Source: an uncultured Halobacteriales archaeon (GTDB lineage: Archaea > Halobacteriota > Halobacteria > Halobacteriales > SKSH01). From it: 64,000 nt of DNA. The position numbers were made by a program, and so were the translations under genes. Numbering within the stretch: the stretch's first letter is position 1; each line of letters begins with the position of its first letter. Below are positions 18,981 through 27,309 of this stretch, piece by piece. The notes below the pieces were generated by a model that searched no databases, had not been told where the DNA came from, and worked only from the letters and a program-made list of their open reading frames with translations. Where the stretch lies: the NCBI GenBank assembly GCA_964639975.1, contig CAZXER010000002.1, positions 39,135 through 103,134 on the forward strand, in the 5' to 3' direction.

Positions 18981-20435
18981 TCAGTAGGTCTTCGCGAAGT
19001 AGGCGGTGGTTTCTGCGGCGTCACCGCAGGTGAGACACGGTTTCTCCGGTGGTGCTTGCTCCTCAAGCGGGAGCATGACGATATCGGCCGCGACCGCCTC
19101 CTTGACGGGGGCCTCACACGCCTCGTCTCCACACCATGGCGCCTTGACGTACCCGCCATGCTCGCCGATCAACCCCATGGCTTCCTCGGCCGATTCAGCC
19201 TCGTGGATGCCATCTTCGAGGTGTTCCTGCGCCCGTTCGTACAGCTCGTCATAGACGACATCGAGGTTGGTGGTGACGCCTTCGACGATATCGTCTCGAG
19301 AGACTACGATCGATTCACGATCGGTCCGGTGGACCAGCGTGACCTGGTCGTCTTCGACCTCGTTCGGTCCGATTTCAGCCCTGAGGGGGACGCCATTGAG
19401 CTCGTGTTCGTTGAACTTGAAGCCCGGATTGCGCTCCTCTCGATCGTCGAGCTCCACCCTGATACCGGCCTCCTTAAGCTCATTTGCGACCTCTTGTGCA
19501 TAGTTGAGCACGGCTGTGCGCGTGTCTCCCTGCCAGATCGGGACGATCGCCACCTGAACCGGGGCGATCGGTGGCGGTGCGATGAAGCCCTGATTGTCGC
19601 TGTGGGCCATGATCAACGCGCCAAGCGCCCGCCAGGACACCCCCCACGACGTCGTATGGACGACACGTTCGGTCTCCTCCTCGTCGGCGAAAGTCACGTC
19701 AAAGGCCTCCGCGAAGGTCTGTCCGAGGTAGTGACTCGTGCCACCCTGGACGCTCCGGCCATCGGGCATCAGGACCTCGACGGTGGTCGTCGTCTCTGCG
19801 CCAGGGAACTTGTCGTGATCAGGCTTGCGTCCGCGGAGGGTCGGGAGTGCAAGGACCTCCTCGTACAACCTGGCGTACTGCGATAACCGGGTGAGCGTCT
19901 CATCGAGGGCATCCTCGCCCGTTGCGTGGGCGGTGTGGCCCTCCTGCCAGAGGAACTCTTTCGTCCGAAAGAACGGCTTCGTCTCGGTTGCCTCCCATCT
20001 GACAACCGAACACCACTGGTTGAGTCGGAGCGGGAGATCCCGATAGCTCCTGATCCATTTCGACATGAATGGGGCGATGATCGACTCCGAGGTCGGTCTG
20101 ACGGCGAGTCGTTCATCGAGTTCCTCGTTGCCACCATGGGTCACCCAGGCGACCTCTGGATCGAACCCCTCGAGCACCTCTTTTTCGCGTTCGAGGTACG
20201 ATTCCGGGATGAACATCGGGAAGTAGGCGTTCTGTACGCCGGTCTCGCGAAACCACTCATCGAGATGGTTCTTGAGTCGATCCCAGAGTTCGTAGCCCCG
20301 TGGACGGGTGATGATGAAGCCGCTCATCGGGGCATAGTCGGCCAATCCGGCTTTCTGAACGACCTCAGCGTACCACTCGCCGATATTGTTCGCCTTCGAC
20401 TCGGTGATACCGAGTTCCTGTTCTGGTTCGCTCAT
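18981..20435 (-). CDS. proS: proline--tRNA ligase (archaeal/eukaryotic type)
   Basis: 484 aa with class II aaRS motifs and a C-terminal zinc-binding domain ending ...TAYFAKTY. TATA-like TTTTTA about 28 nt upstream. Confidence 0.95.
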   Translation of the reverse strand: MSEPEQELGITESKANNIGEWYAEVVQKAGLADYAPMSGFIITRPRGYELWDRLKNHLDEWFRETGVQNAYFPMFIPESYLEREKEVLEGFDPEVAWVTHGGNEELDERLAVRPTSESIIAPFMSKWIRSYRDLPLRLNQWCSVVRWEATETKPFFRTKEFLWQEGHTAHATGEDALDETLTRLSQYARLYEEVLALPTLRGRKPDHDKFPGAETTTTVEVLMPDGRSVQGGTSHYLGQTFAEAFDVTFADEEETERVVHTTSWGVSWRALGALIMAHSDNQGFIAPPPIAPVQVAIVPIWQGDTRTAVLNYAQEVANELKEAGIRVELDDREERNPGFKFNEHELNGVPLRAEIGPNEVEDDQVTLVHRTDRESIVVSRDDIVEGVTTNLDVVYDELYERAQEHLEDGIHEAESAEEAMGLIGEHGGYVKAPWCGDEACEAPVKEAVAADIVMLPLEEQAPPEKPCLTCGDAAETTAYFAKTY

Positions 20436-20459
20436 ACGCAGTTCCTGCGAGTAGGGAGG

Positions 20460-20465
20460 TAAAAA
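20460..20465 (-). promoter_or_regulatory. TATA-like box for proS
   Basis: Minus-strand GCTTTTTACC centred 28 nt upstream of ATG 20435. Confidence 0.45.
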
Positions 20466-20588
20466 GCGGCCTGCTCTGGCGGCTGTTGATCCGGTTCGGA
20501 GCTTTCGGCATCGATTCGTCCCGAGTTGCCGGTATGCGCGACTGTCAATGGATGAAGTGGTGTTCAGGGTTGCAGCCGGTAAGACCGG

Positions 20589-21065
20589 TCACAGCGACGT
20601 GGGATCGAGTTCGATCTCGTAGTCCACGAACTCCGCGTCGTCGAGGGTTTCCCCACCTCTGAAGGCGAACTCCCCGATCAATGGATCGCCGTCGAGAACA
20701 TGCGGGAGCCAGAGATAGTCGTCCTCCCACATCTCGTCGTAGGGGAGGTCGTCGCGGTCGAACCAGACTGGCTTCGCCTCAGGAGATGGCGTTGGGTCAC
20801 CGGTGTACTCGGTGGCCCGGAAGACATGGACGAAGAGCACGCGCTCACCGTCGTGGGTGAACGACAATTCGGCCAGTTTGGTCGGATCGGTAATCGTGAG
20901 ATCCACTTCCTCCTTGACCTCCCGGTGGATGGCCTCTCTGGGTGATTCCCCAGCTTCGATCTTCCCGCCGGGACCGTTGTACAGACCGCTTCCGAGGCCG
21001 CGTCGTTTCTCGATGAGGAGGACGCGATCGTCATCCAGGATGTAACAGAGCGTGGCCTCCTGCAT
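20589..21065 (-). CDS. Nudix hydrolase (MutT-like)
   Basis: Nudix box GPGGKIEAGESPREAIHREVKEEVDL. Confidence 0.85.
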   Translation of the reverse strand: MQEATLCYILDDDRVLLIEKRRGLGSGLYNGPGGKIEAGESPREAIHREVKEEVDLTITDPTKLAELSFTHDGERVLFVHVFRATEYTGDPTPSPEAKPVWFDRDDLPYDEMWEDDYLWLPHVLDGDPLIGEFAFRGGETLDDAEFVDYEIELDPTSL

Positions 21066-21115
21066 GGTTACCTTACGGTGAAGCGGTGCGAAAAGGGACC
21101 CGAAAGCCTGTCGGT

Positions 21116-21616
21116 CTACTGTGGGAGGTCATCGAATGGACTCGGTTCTGATCGCCACGGCCATCCGGGCAGTCGCGTCTGGAAGCCAGCTGCCAGGGCT
21201 GCGTCCAAGTCGTCGAGCCCGGCGGTCTCACCCGCGCTGGCATGGACCATGGTATCTGCGTAGTGAAAGGTCGCTTCTGCCAGGAGCTGAAGCGGTTGTC
21301 CGCCAGCGATCGTTCCGGCCAGTTCACGGCCGATGATCTCGTCCATGATGAACCCTGGATGGTCCTCGGGGACATCGATCATCCGGAGGAACGCGACCAT
21401 CGCAGCCAGGTTCGCGCCTCTATCCCCCTCCTCGAAGACCACGGCCACCTCCTCACGGTAGGCTGCCTCATCTACCCGTGAGACATCCACATCGAACACC
21501 TCACCCAGATCCTCCCTGACGCGATTGATCACTGGTACAACCCGATCTGCTCGGTTCGCTATCCAGTCCCGGTAGCGAGCGACCGTCTCAGGGGTGAGCT
21601 CGAGGGTATCGTCCAT
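21116..21616 (-). CDS. acidic cytoplasmic protein, function unknown
   Basis: Trimmed to ATG 21616 (MDDTLELTPE...), supported by a strong TATA box TTTTATATT (21640-21648) about 28 nt upstream. Confidence 0.55.
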   Translation of the reverse strand: MDDTLELTPETVARYRDWIANRADRVVPVINRVREDLGEVFDVDVSRVDEAAYREEVAVVFEEGDRGANLAAMVAFLRMIDVPEDHPGFIMDEIIGRELAGTIAGGQPLQLLAEATFHYADTMVHASAGETAGLDDLDAALAAGFQTRLPGWPWRSEPSPFDDLPQ

Positions 21617-21639
21617 GGGGGGAGGGGGTTTGCGAAGGC

Positions 21640-21648
21640 TTTTATATT
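21640..21648 (-). promoter_or_regulatory. TATA box for CDS 21116-21616 (leaderless spacing)
   Basis: TTTTATATT centred about 28 nt upstream of ATG 21616. Confidence 0.5.
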
Positions 21649-21840
21649 CACGGAAGGAATGCCGGAGCAAGCGGGTTCCTGCTGACTCTTGGACGACTAT
21701 CGCGTGGAACAACGACCCGCTGTTCGTACACGTGCGGGGCTCCCCGGATGCCGTGCATCTGATACCACTGCGATGACGTCCGAGCTCAGCACAGACCCGA
21801 CCGACCTGCCGAAATGGCCGGTCTTTCACCTATATGGACT

Positions 21841-23769
21841 ATGAGTGTAGTCGACGAACGTCTCGATGAAATCAAGGCGACAATTGCGAAGGAAACTCCC
21901 CCGACGATCTCGGTCACCTCCGTGGCATACGAGGGTCCAGAGCTCGTGGTCTACACGAGCAATCCCAGAGAATTCGCCAAGCAAGGGGACCTGATCAGGA
22001 AGCTGGCGAGCAAGCTCAGGAAACGGATCACCATCCGACCGGATCCGGATTCGTTGATTCATCCTCGCGATGCCGAAGAGAAGATACTCGAGGTCATCCC
22101 CGACGAGGCCGGGGTCACCGACCTCGACTTTCAGGAGAACATCGGTGAGGTACTCATCGAGGCAGAGAAGCCAGGACTCGTCATCGGACGGCACGGGCAA
22201 ACGCTTCGAGACATCACACAGAGCGTCGGGTGGACGCCGGAGGTGGTTCGAACCCCACCGATCGAATCCTCGACGGTGAGTAATGTCAGAAGTTTCCTGA
22301 AGCAGGAGCGGGATGAACGCCGTGAGATCCTCGAGCGCGTTGGACGCCAGATTCATCGCGAACTGCTCAGCGATGACGAGTGGGTTCGCATTAGCACGCT
22401 GGGGTGTTGTCGAGAGGTCGGCCGGGCGTCGTTCATCCTCTCGACTGCCAACACACGGGTTCTCATCGATTGTGGCGACAAACCCGGTGCGGAGGGTGAG
22501 GTGCCCTACTTGCAGGTCCCAGAGGCGCTGGGCAGTGGTGCGTCGTCGATCGATGCGGTGGTGTTGACCCATGCGCACCTCGATCACTCGGCGCTGCTTC
22601 CCCTGCTGTTCAAGTACGGGTACGATGGCCCGATTTACACCACCGAACCGACACGAGATCTGATGGGACTGTTGCAACTCGACTATCTCGATGTCGCCTC
22701 GAAGGAAGGCCGGGCCCCGCCGTATGAGTCGGAGATGGTTCGCGAGACGATCAAACATACCATCCCCGTGGAGTATGGTGACGTCACCGATATCGCCCCG
22801 GATGTCAAGCTGACGCTACACAACGCCGGTCACATCCTCGGTAGCGCCGTGGCCCACTTCCACATCGGCGAGGGAATGTACAATGTGGCCTTCTCCGGCG
22901 ACATCAAGAACGAGAAGACGCGGCTGTTCAACGGGGCGGTCAACGACTTCCCACGGGTCGAGACGCTCGTGTTGGAGTCGACCTACGGCGGCCGCAACGA
23001 CTTCCAGACCGACCAGCAGGATTCGGAACGCCAGTTGATGGAGCTGATCAGGGGAACCATCGAGAAGGATGGGAAGGTGCTCATCCCGGCGTTCGCTGTC
23101 GGCCGCTCCCAGGAGATCATGCTCGTCCTCGAGGAGGCCATGCGCGAGGGGACGATCCCGACCATCCCCGTCCACCTCGATGGCATGATCTGGGAGGCAA
23201 CCGCGATCCATACCACCTATCCGGAGTACTTCCGCGACTCCCTTCGCGATCGGATCTTCCATGAGGACAAGAACCCGTTCCTCGCCGAGCAGTTCAACCA
23301 CATCGATCGGGGCGACGAGGAACGCCAGGAGATCGCCGATGGCGATCCATCGATCATCCTCTCCACGTCGGGGATGATGACCGGTGGCCCCATCATGTCG
23401 TGGCTAGATCTACTCGGCCCCGAACCGGAAAACACGCTGGTGTTCGTCGGCTATCAAGCAGCTGGAACGCTCGGTCATCGGATTCAAAACGGCCGACGTG
23501 AGATTCCGTTGTCTGGGTCGGCGAATCGTGATGGCCGCCGTAGAACCATTCAGCTCGAACTCGATGTCAGCACGGTCGATGGATTCTCGGGACACGCAGA
23601 CCGTGCGGGTTTGATGGACTACGTCAGGACGATGAATCCACGGCCTGAGAAGGTGCTGTGTGTACACGGTGACGAATCGTCGGTTCAGGCGTTTTCCTCG
23701 GCCCTCTACCACGAATTCAACATGCGGACGTTTGCGCCACGGAACCTCGAGACGTTCAGATTCAGATAG
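21841..23769 (+). CDS. fttA: beta-CASP ribonuclease aCPSF1 (archaeal transcription termination factor FttA)
   Basis: Trimmed to ATG 21841. Two N-terminal KH domains, metallo-beta-lactamase HAHLDH motif, beta-CASP and RNA-specific C-terminal motifs (GFSGHAD, CVHGD). Confidence 0.95.
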   Translation: MSVVDERLDEIKATIAKETPPTISVTSVAYEGPELVVYTSNPREFAKQGDLIRKLASKLRKRITIRPDPDSLIHPRDAEEKILEVIPDEAGVTDLDFQENIGEVLIEAEKPGLVIGRHGQTLRDITQSVGWTPEVVRTPPIESSTVSNVRSFLKQERDERREILERVGRQIHRELLSDDEWVRISTLGCCREVGRASFILSTANTRVLIDCGDKPGAEGEVPYLQVPEALGSGASSIDAVVLTHAHLDHSALLPLLFKYGYDGPIYTTEPTRDLMGLLQLDYLDVASKEGRAPPYESEMVRETIKHTIPVEYGDVTDIAPDVKLTLHNAGHILGSAVAHFHIGEGMYNVAFSGDIKNEKTRLFNGAVNDFPRVETLVLESTYGGRNDFQTDQQDSERQLMELIRGTIEKDGKVLIPAFAVGRSQEIMLVLEEAMREGTIPTIPVHLDGMIWEATAIHTTYPEYFRDSLRDRIFHEDKNPFLAEQFNHIDRGDEERQEIADGDPSIILSTSGMMTGGPIMSWLDLLGPEPENTLVFVGYQAAGTLGHRIQNGRREIPLSGSANRDGRRRTIQLELDVSTVDGFSGHADRAGLMDYVRTMNPRPEKVLCVHGDESSVQAFSSALYHEFNMRTFAPRNLETFRFR

Positions 23770-24585
23770 TCACTCAGCTGGTGTATCATCAGCTGGGTCG
23801 ACGACGGACCCAGTGTCGGTATCGACACCGACCTGCTCACAGAGATCCGACAGCGGACAGTGCTCGGGACCGTCAAGGCAGGCAGGTCGGCGTGCCGTAC
23901 AGTACTCGCGACCGAATTGGATCATGCTCGTATGCCCGAACCCACACGTTTCGGGTTCGATGTCAGATTCGAGGTGTTCACGGACGGTCTCGTGATCGGC
24001 ATCTGCCGGGGCGATACCGAGGCGTCGAGCGACCCGATGAACGTGGGTGTCAACGGGGAACACGCCATCAGCACCACCGGCAAACAGGAGGACGCAATCG
24101 GCCGTTTTCGGGCCCACACCGTTGAGACTCAGGAGGAACTCGCGTGATTCCTCGTGTGGTGCGGAGGTGACGAAGTCATCGAAGCGCTCCGCCGAGCCGA
24201 ATTCATCGGTTATCCGCTCTGCGAGGTGCTTGAGGACCGTGGTCTTTTGATTGTACAACCCAGCCGGTTCGATCAGTGTCGAAATGTCGCCTCGATCGGC
24301 CTGCTGTAAAGCATGTGCTAACGCATCAGTACCGAAGTGGTCGATGAGGGCATCGTAGGCAGGCTGACTGGCCTTGTCGCTCGTGTTCTGACTGAGAACG
24401 GTGCGAACCAGACATTCGAACGCAGGCCTGTCGCCATACGATTTGCGCCAGTACAGGTCACCGAGTCGGTAGACGATCGTTTGAGCAAGGGAGGTAGTCC
24501 CATCAGGTTCTGGCCACGGACCCTCGTCCACCGCTGTCTCACCACTGATGTTCTCCGGCGGTTCCTCATTGGGCATATCTGTCAT
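23770..24585 (-). CDS. nth: endonuclease III family HhH-GPD DNA glycosylase
   Basis: HhH-GPD core (LLSLNGVGPKTADCVLLF) and C-terminal Fe-S cluster cysteines (CTARRPAC...CPLSDLC). Start ATG 24585 lies 13 nt after the upstream stop. Confidence 0.85.
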   Translation of the reverse strand: MTDMPNEEPPENISGETAVDEGPWPEPDGTTSLAQTIVYRLGDLYWRKSYGDRPAFECLVRTVLSQNTSDKASQPAYDALIDHFGTDALAHALQQADRGDISTLIEPAGLYNQKTTVLKHLAERITDEFGSAERFDDFVTSAPHEESREFLLSLNGVGPKTADCVLLFAGGADGVFPVDTHVHRVARRLGIAPADADHETVREHLESDIEPETCGFGHTSMIQFGREYCTARRPACLDGPEHCPLSDLCEQVGVDTDTGSVVDPADDTPAE

Positions 24586-24598
24586 TGGTGTCGGTCCG

Positions 24599-25015
24599 TC
24601 ACGAATGCACGGAGAGGGTGATCTCCATGGTCGCTTCTCCATGGAGCGCGGCAATGAGGGCCCGGTCGAGATCGCAGGCGGCGTGGTCAGCCTCGAGCAT
24701 GATGGTCCGTTCGTCGATGTAGTCGCTCGTTCGAATGACCGCGCCTCGATCGCTCGAGAAGGTCAATGCCGGGTCGCCACGACCGGTGATGATCTGTTCG
24801 GTCTCTTCGACACTGAGTCTGGCCACGATCGTCGAATCGCTGTCGCGACAGGCATCGACGAATGTCGCCTCGAACTCGGATGGTGCGCTGTCGGCTGCGA
24901 TCCCGATGATGCAGTCTCCTCCTGGTGTCAGAAATTCATCGGTGGTGATTTCGAGCGTGCTCTCGTGGGTACCACGTACCTCGGGGTGCCCACGGGCGGT
25001 GATCACCTCGTCCAT
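24599..25015 (-). CDS. DUF371-like protein
   Basis: 138 aa. ITARGHPEVRGTHESTLEITTDEFLTPGGDCIIGIAAD resembles the archaeal DUF371 family (assignment from memory). Confidence 0.65.
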   Translation of the reverse strand: MDEVITARGHPEVRGTHESTLEITTDEFLTPGGDCIIGIAADSAPSEFEATFVDACRDSDSTIVARLSVEETEQIITGRGDPALTFSSDRGAVIRTSDYIDERTIMLEADHAACDLDRALIAALHGEATMEITLSVHS

Positions 25016-25152
25016 GCGGCCTCATTGTGCCGCATCCACCAAGTGGCCTCCGAAGCCAGTTGTTCACTATCACTGGAGCAATCGACTGCGTTAACGGTTC
25101 TCACGGCCGATTTCGGGGATATTTGCCTGGATTAGTCGGTACCTTTAAGGGT

Positions 25153-25230
25153 GTTGTCGAGCAATCTCCCGGTACCGGAATCGGTTCCGTCCGAGGTACA
25201 GCACGACGACCAGCATGATTGTCCGACAAC
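25153..25230. other. long-range imperfect inverted repeat enclosing smaller hairpins (candidate structured RNA / 5' UTR)
   Basis: GTTGTCGAGCAATC (25153-25166) pairs with GATTGTCCGACAAC (25217-25230): 12 Watson-Crick pairs, 1 G-U, 1 mismatch. An inner hairpin CGGAA-TCGG-TTCCG lies at 25176-25189. Confidence 0.45.
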
Positions 25231-25255
25231 GAAGTTCAACCGCTGGCTCTTACTT

Positions 25256-25273
25256 GGTGACCGCCGGGTCACC
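25256..25273. other. perfect 7-bp hairpin upstream of coiled-coil gene
   Basis: GGTGACC-GCCG-GGTCACC, 37 nt upstream of ATG 25310. Confidence 0.45.
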
Positions 25274-25309
25274 GCCCGTCCTTGAGGGGAACCGACCGAC
25301 TGATGAACT

Positions 25310-26191
25310 ATGGTAGACGCAACTGACTACATCACTGTAAGTGATGACGACCTGGATAGCGAAGATAAGGGCGAGCTCATCAAGCTCGCTGGCCGGCTGC
25401 GCGATCGACGAAACGAACTGAACCAATTGGCTGCAGAACGTGCTTCAAAGCGAGACGAACTCAACGACAAGACGCGAGAGCGTGTCGACGAGGCCCAGAA
25501 CCATCGTGAACGACGCGATGAACTCAATACCCTCGTTCAGGAGCACAAGGAACAGCGCAACAAGCTCAACGAGAAGGCCAACGAGCTCTACGACAAGGTC
25601 GAGGAGCTCAAATCGGATCTCGAGCTCGACAACGGTGATGACCTTGAGTCGTTGAATGAGGATATCGAGCAACTCGAGTTCAAGCAACAGACGTCGGTGC
25701 TCAGCTCGGAAGACGAGCGCGAACTGATCGACAAGATCGAGGAGAAACGCGAAGAATACCGCCAGCGAAAGCAGAAGCTGGAGGAGACCGACGAGATCGA
25801 CGAGTACCTCGAGCGTGCCGAGCAGGTCCGCAACGAGGCCAGCAAACACCACGACAAGGTGACGACGCTCGCTGACGAGGCACAGAACCACCACAACGAG
25901 ATGATTAGTGCGTATCGAGAGGCCGACGACATCCGTGACGATGCCGATGAGATGCACGAGCTATTCGTCGAGGCGCAGGAGGCGGCCGACCACCACCACG
26001 ACGAGTTCGTCCGGGTGCAAAAGCGCCTTCGAGAGCTCGACAAGGAAGAGGAGGCCGAACGGCGTGCAGAACGCGACGAAGAGCGAGAGAAGGCTCGCGA
26101 GGAGGCGGAGGAGATCTACCAGAAGTTCAAAGAGGGCGAGACGTTGGATACCGAGGACCTGATGAAGCTCCAGAAAACGGGGCTCCTGTAA
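25310..26191 (+). CDS. highly charged coiled-coil protein (COG1340-like)
   Basis: 293 aa, almost entirely heptad-like E/K/R/D/L/N repeats. Confidence 0.7.
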   Translation: MVDATDYITVSDDDLDSEDKGELIKLAGRLRDRRNELNQLAAERASKRDELNDKTRERVDEAQNHRERRDELNTLVQEHKEQRNKLNEKANELYDKVEELKSDLELDNGDDLESLNEDIEQLEFKQQTSVLSSEDERELIDKIEEKREEYRQRKQKLEETDEIDEYLERAEQVRNEASKHHDKVTTLADEAQNHHNEMISAYREADDIRDDADEMHELFVEAQEAADHHHDEFVRVQKRLRELDKEEEAERRAERDEEREKAREEAEEIYQKFKEGETLDTEDLMKLQKTGLL

Positions 26192-26251
26192 GGGGACGTT
26201 CGACCCGGCGGACCTCAACGCTTTTTGTCATCTCGACGGTTGTGCTAGCAC

Positions 26252-27271
26252 ATGGCTTTCCGATCGAAGCTTCCGTGGCCGGCGATCGTAGCAGGTCAGT
26301 TACTCGTGATAATCGCCGTTCTGGCGGTGAGTGTCGCAGGCGCGTACGTCGCCTTCATCTGGTATCCTGCGGAGATGGTCGAGCTCATTGGCGTGGTCTT
26401 GATCCTCGTCGTTGGGGTCGTCGCCTTGCGGGTGGGCGGTTCCATGGCCGGGAGCCTGTTCCCATCGTACAACGTCGGCGAGGTCGCCGTCGAAGGCCCG
26501 ATCATGCGCGATGGCGGCGGACAGCTACCCTCGACACCCGGCCAACCGGGCGCTGACGAGATCGTCGAGCAGATCGAATTCGCCGATGGCGACCCGGCGG
26601 TCCAGGGGTTGCTCGTGAAGCTCAACACGCCTGGCGGTCAGGTCGTACCGAGTGACGATATCCGCCTGGCCGTGAGTCGCTTTGACGGCCCGGTCATCGC
26701 GTACACGACCGACATCTGTGCCAGTGGTGGCTACTGGATTGCCAGTGGCTGTGACGAACTGTGGGCCAGAGATTCGAGCATCGTCGGCAGCATCGGTGTC
26801 CGCGGTTCCCGGTTGAACGTGAGCGAGCTGGCCGACCGACTCGGCATCTCACACGAGCGATTCACCGCTGGCAAGTTCAAGGATGCTGGTTCTCCGTTTC
26901 GAGAGCTCGAGGACGAGGAGCGAGAGTACCTCCAGAGCCTCGTTGACGATCACTATGATCATTTCATCGACCGGGTGACCGATGGCCGAGAGCTCGAGGA
27001 TGACGCGGTGCGAGACACCGAGGCGAAGGTATACCTCGGCGAGGATGCCCACGAACTCGGCCTCGTCGACGAGATCGGCGATGTCCGTGATGTCAAGGAT
27101 GCCATGGCCACGGAGCTGGATCTCGACGATGTTCGGGTGCGGACGTTCGAGCCACAGGTCCCACTGACCCAGCGTCTTCGCATCGGTGTTGAGAAGGTGG
27201 CGTATGCAGCTGGCGCCGGCGTGGCTCGAACCCTCGTTACCGATGAGGTGCCACTTCCCGACCGTCCATAG
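26252..27271 (+). CDS. sppA: signal peptide peptidase SppA (S49 family, 36K type)
   Basis: N-terminal TM segments, then the ClpP/crotonase-like fold with the catalytic Ser region ASGGYWIASGCD and GSIGV. Confidence 0.85.
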   Translation: MAFRSKLPWPAIVAGQLLVIIAVLAVSVAGAYVAFIWYPAEMVELIGVVLILVVGVVALRVGGSMAGSLFPSYNVGEVAVEGPIMRDGGGQLPSTPGQPGADEIVEQIEFADGDPAVQGLLVKLNTPGGQVVPSDDIRLAVSRFDGPVIAYTTDICASGGYWIASGCDELWARDSSIVGSIGVRGSRLNVSELADRLGISHERFTAGKFKDAGSPFRELEDEEREYLQSLVDDHYDHFIDRVTDGRELEDDAVRDTEAKVYLGEDAHELGLVDEIGDVRDVKDAMATELDLDDVRVRTFEPQVPLTQRLRIGVEKVAYAAGAGVARTLVTDEVPLPDRP

Positions 27272-27279
27272 CAGGGAAG

Positions 27280-27290
27280 TTTTTGTATAT
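27280..27290 (+). promoter_or_regulatory. TATA box for DUF373-like gene
   Basis: TTTTTGTATAT, 20-30 nt upstream of GTG 27310. Confidence 0.5.
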
Positions 27291-27309
27291 CCGCCGACTG
27301 CACCCGACT

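Noticed and set aside
18840-19886. 348-aa plus-strand ORF antisense to proS and the egsA 5' end
   Set aside because: It overlaps two confident genes, has a low-complexity Arg/Leu/Gly-rich translation and no promoter context. It is an antisense shadow ORF.
22245-22256. tRNA T-arm-like GGTTCGAACCCC
   Set aside because: It lies inside the aCPSF1 reading frame (…PEVVRTPP…). No flanking acceptor, D or anticodon stems could be built. I found no convincing tRNA anywhere in the window by eye; a tRNAscan-SE run would settle it.
21826-22758. 310-aa minus-strand ORF inside aCPSF1
   Set aside because: Antisense shadow ORF. The sense frame carries unmistakable KH and metallo-beta-lactamase motifs.
25156-25216. 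23-aa minus-strand mini-ORF (MLVVVLYLGRNRFRYREIARQHP) in the 294-nt spacer
   Set aside because: It is too short and lacks any motif or supporting context. The region is better described by its inverted repeats.
25016-25309. Possibility that the long spacer encodes SRP (7S) RNA or RNase P RNA
   Set aside because: I could not find the conserved SRP domain IV-type motif I remember (GGAAGGAAGCAGC-like). The spacer is too short for RNase P RNA. An Rfam/Infernal scan would be decisive.
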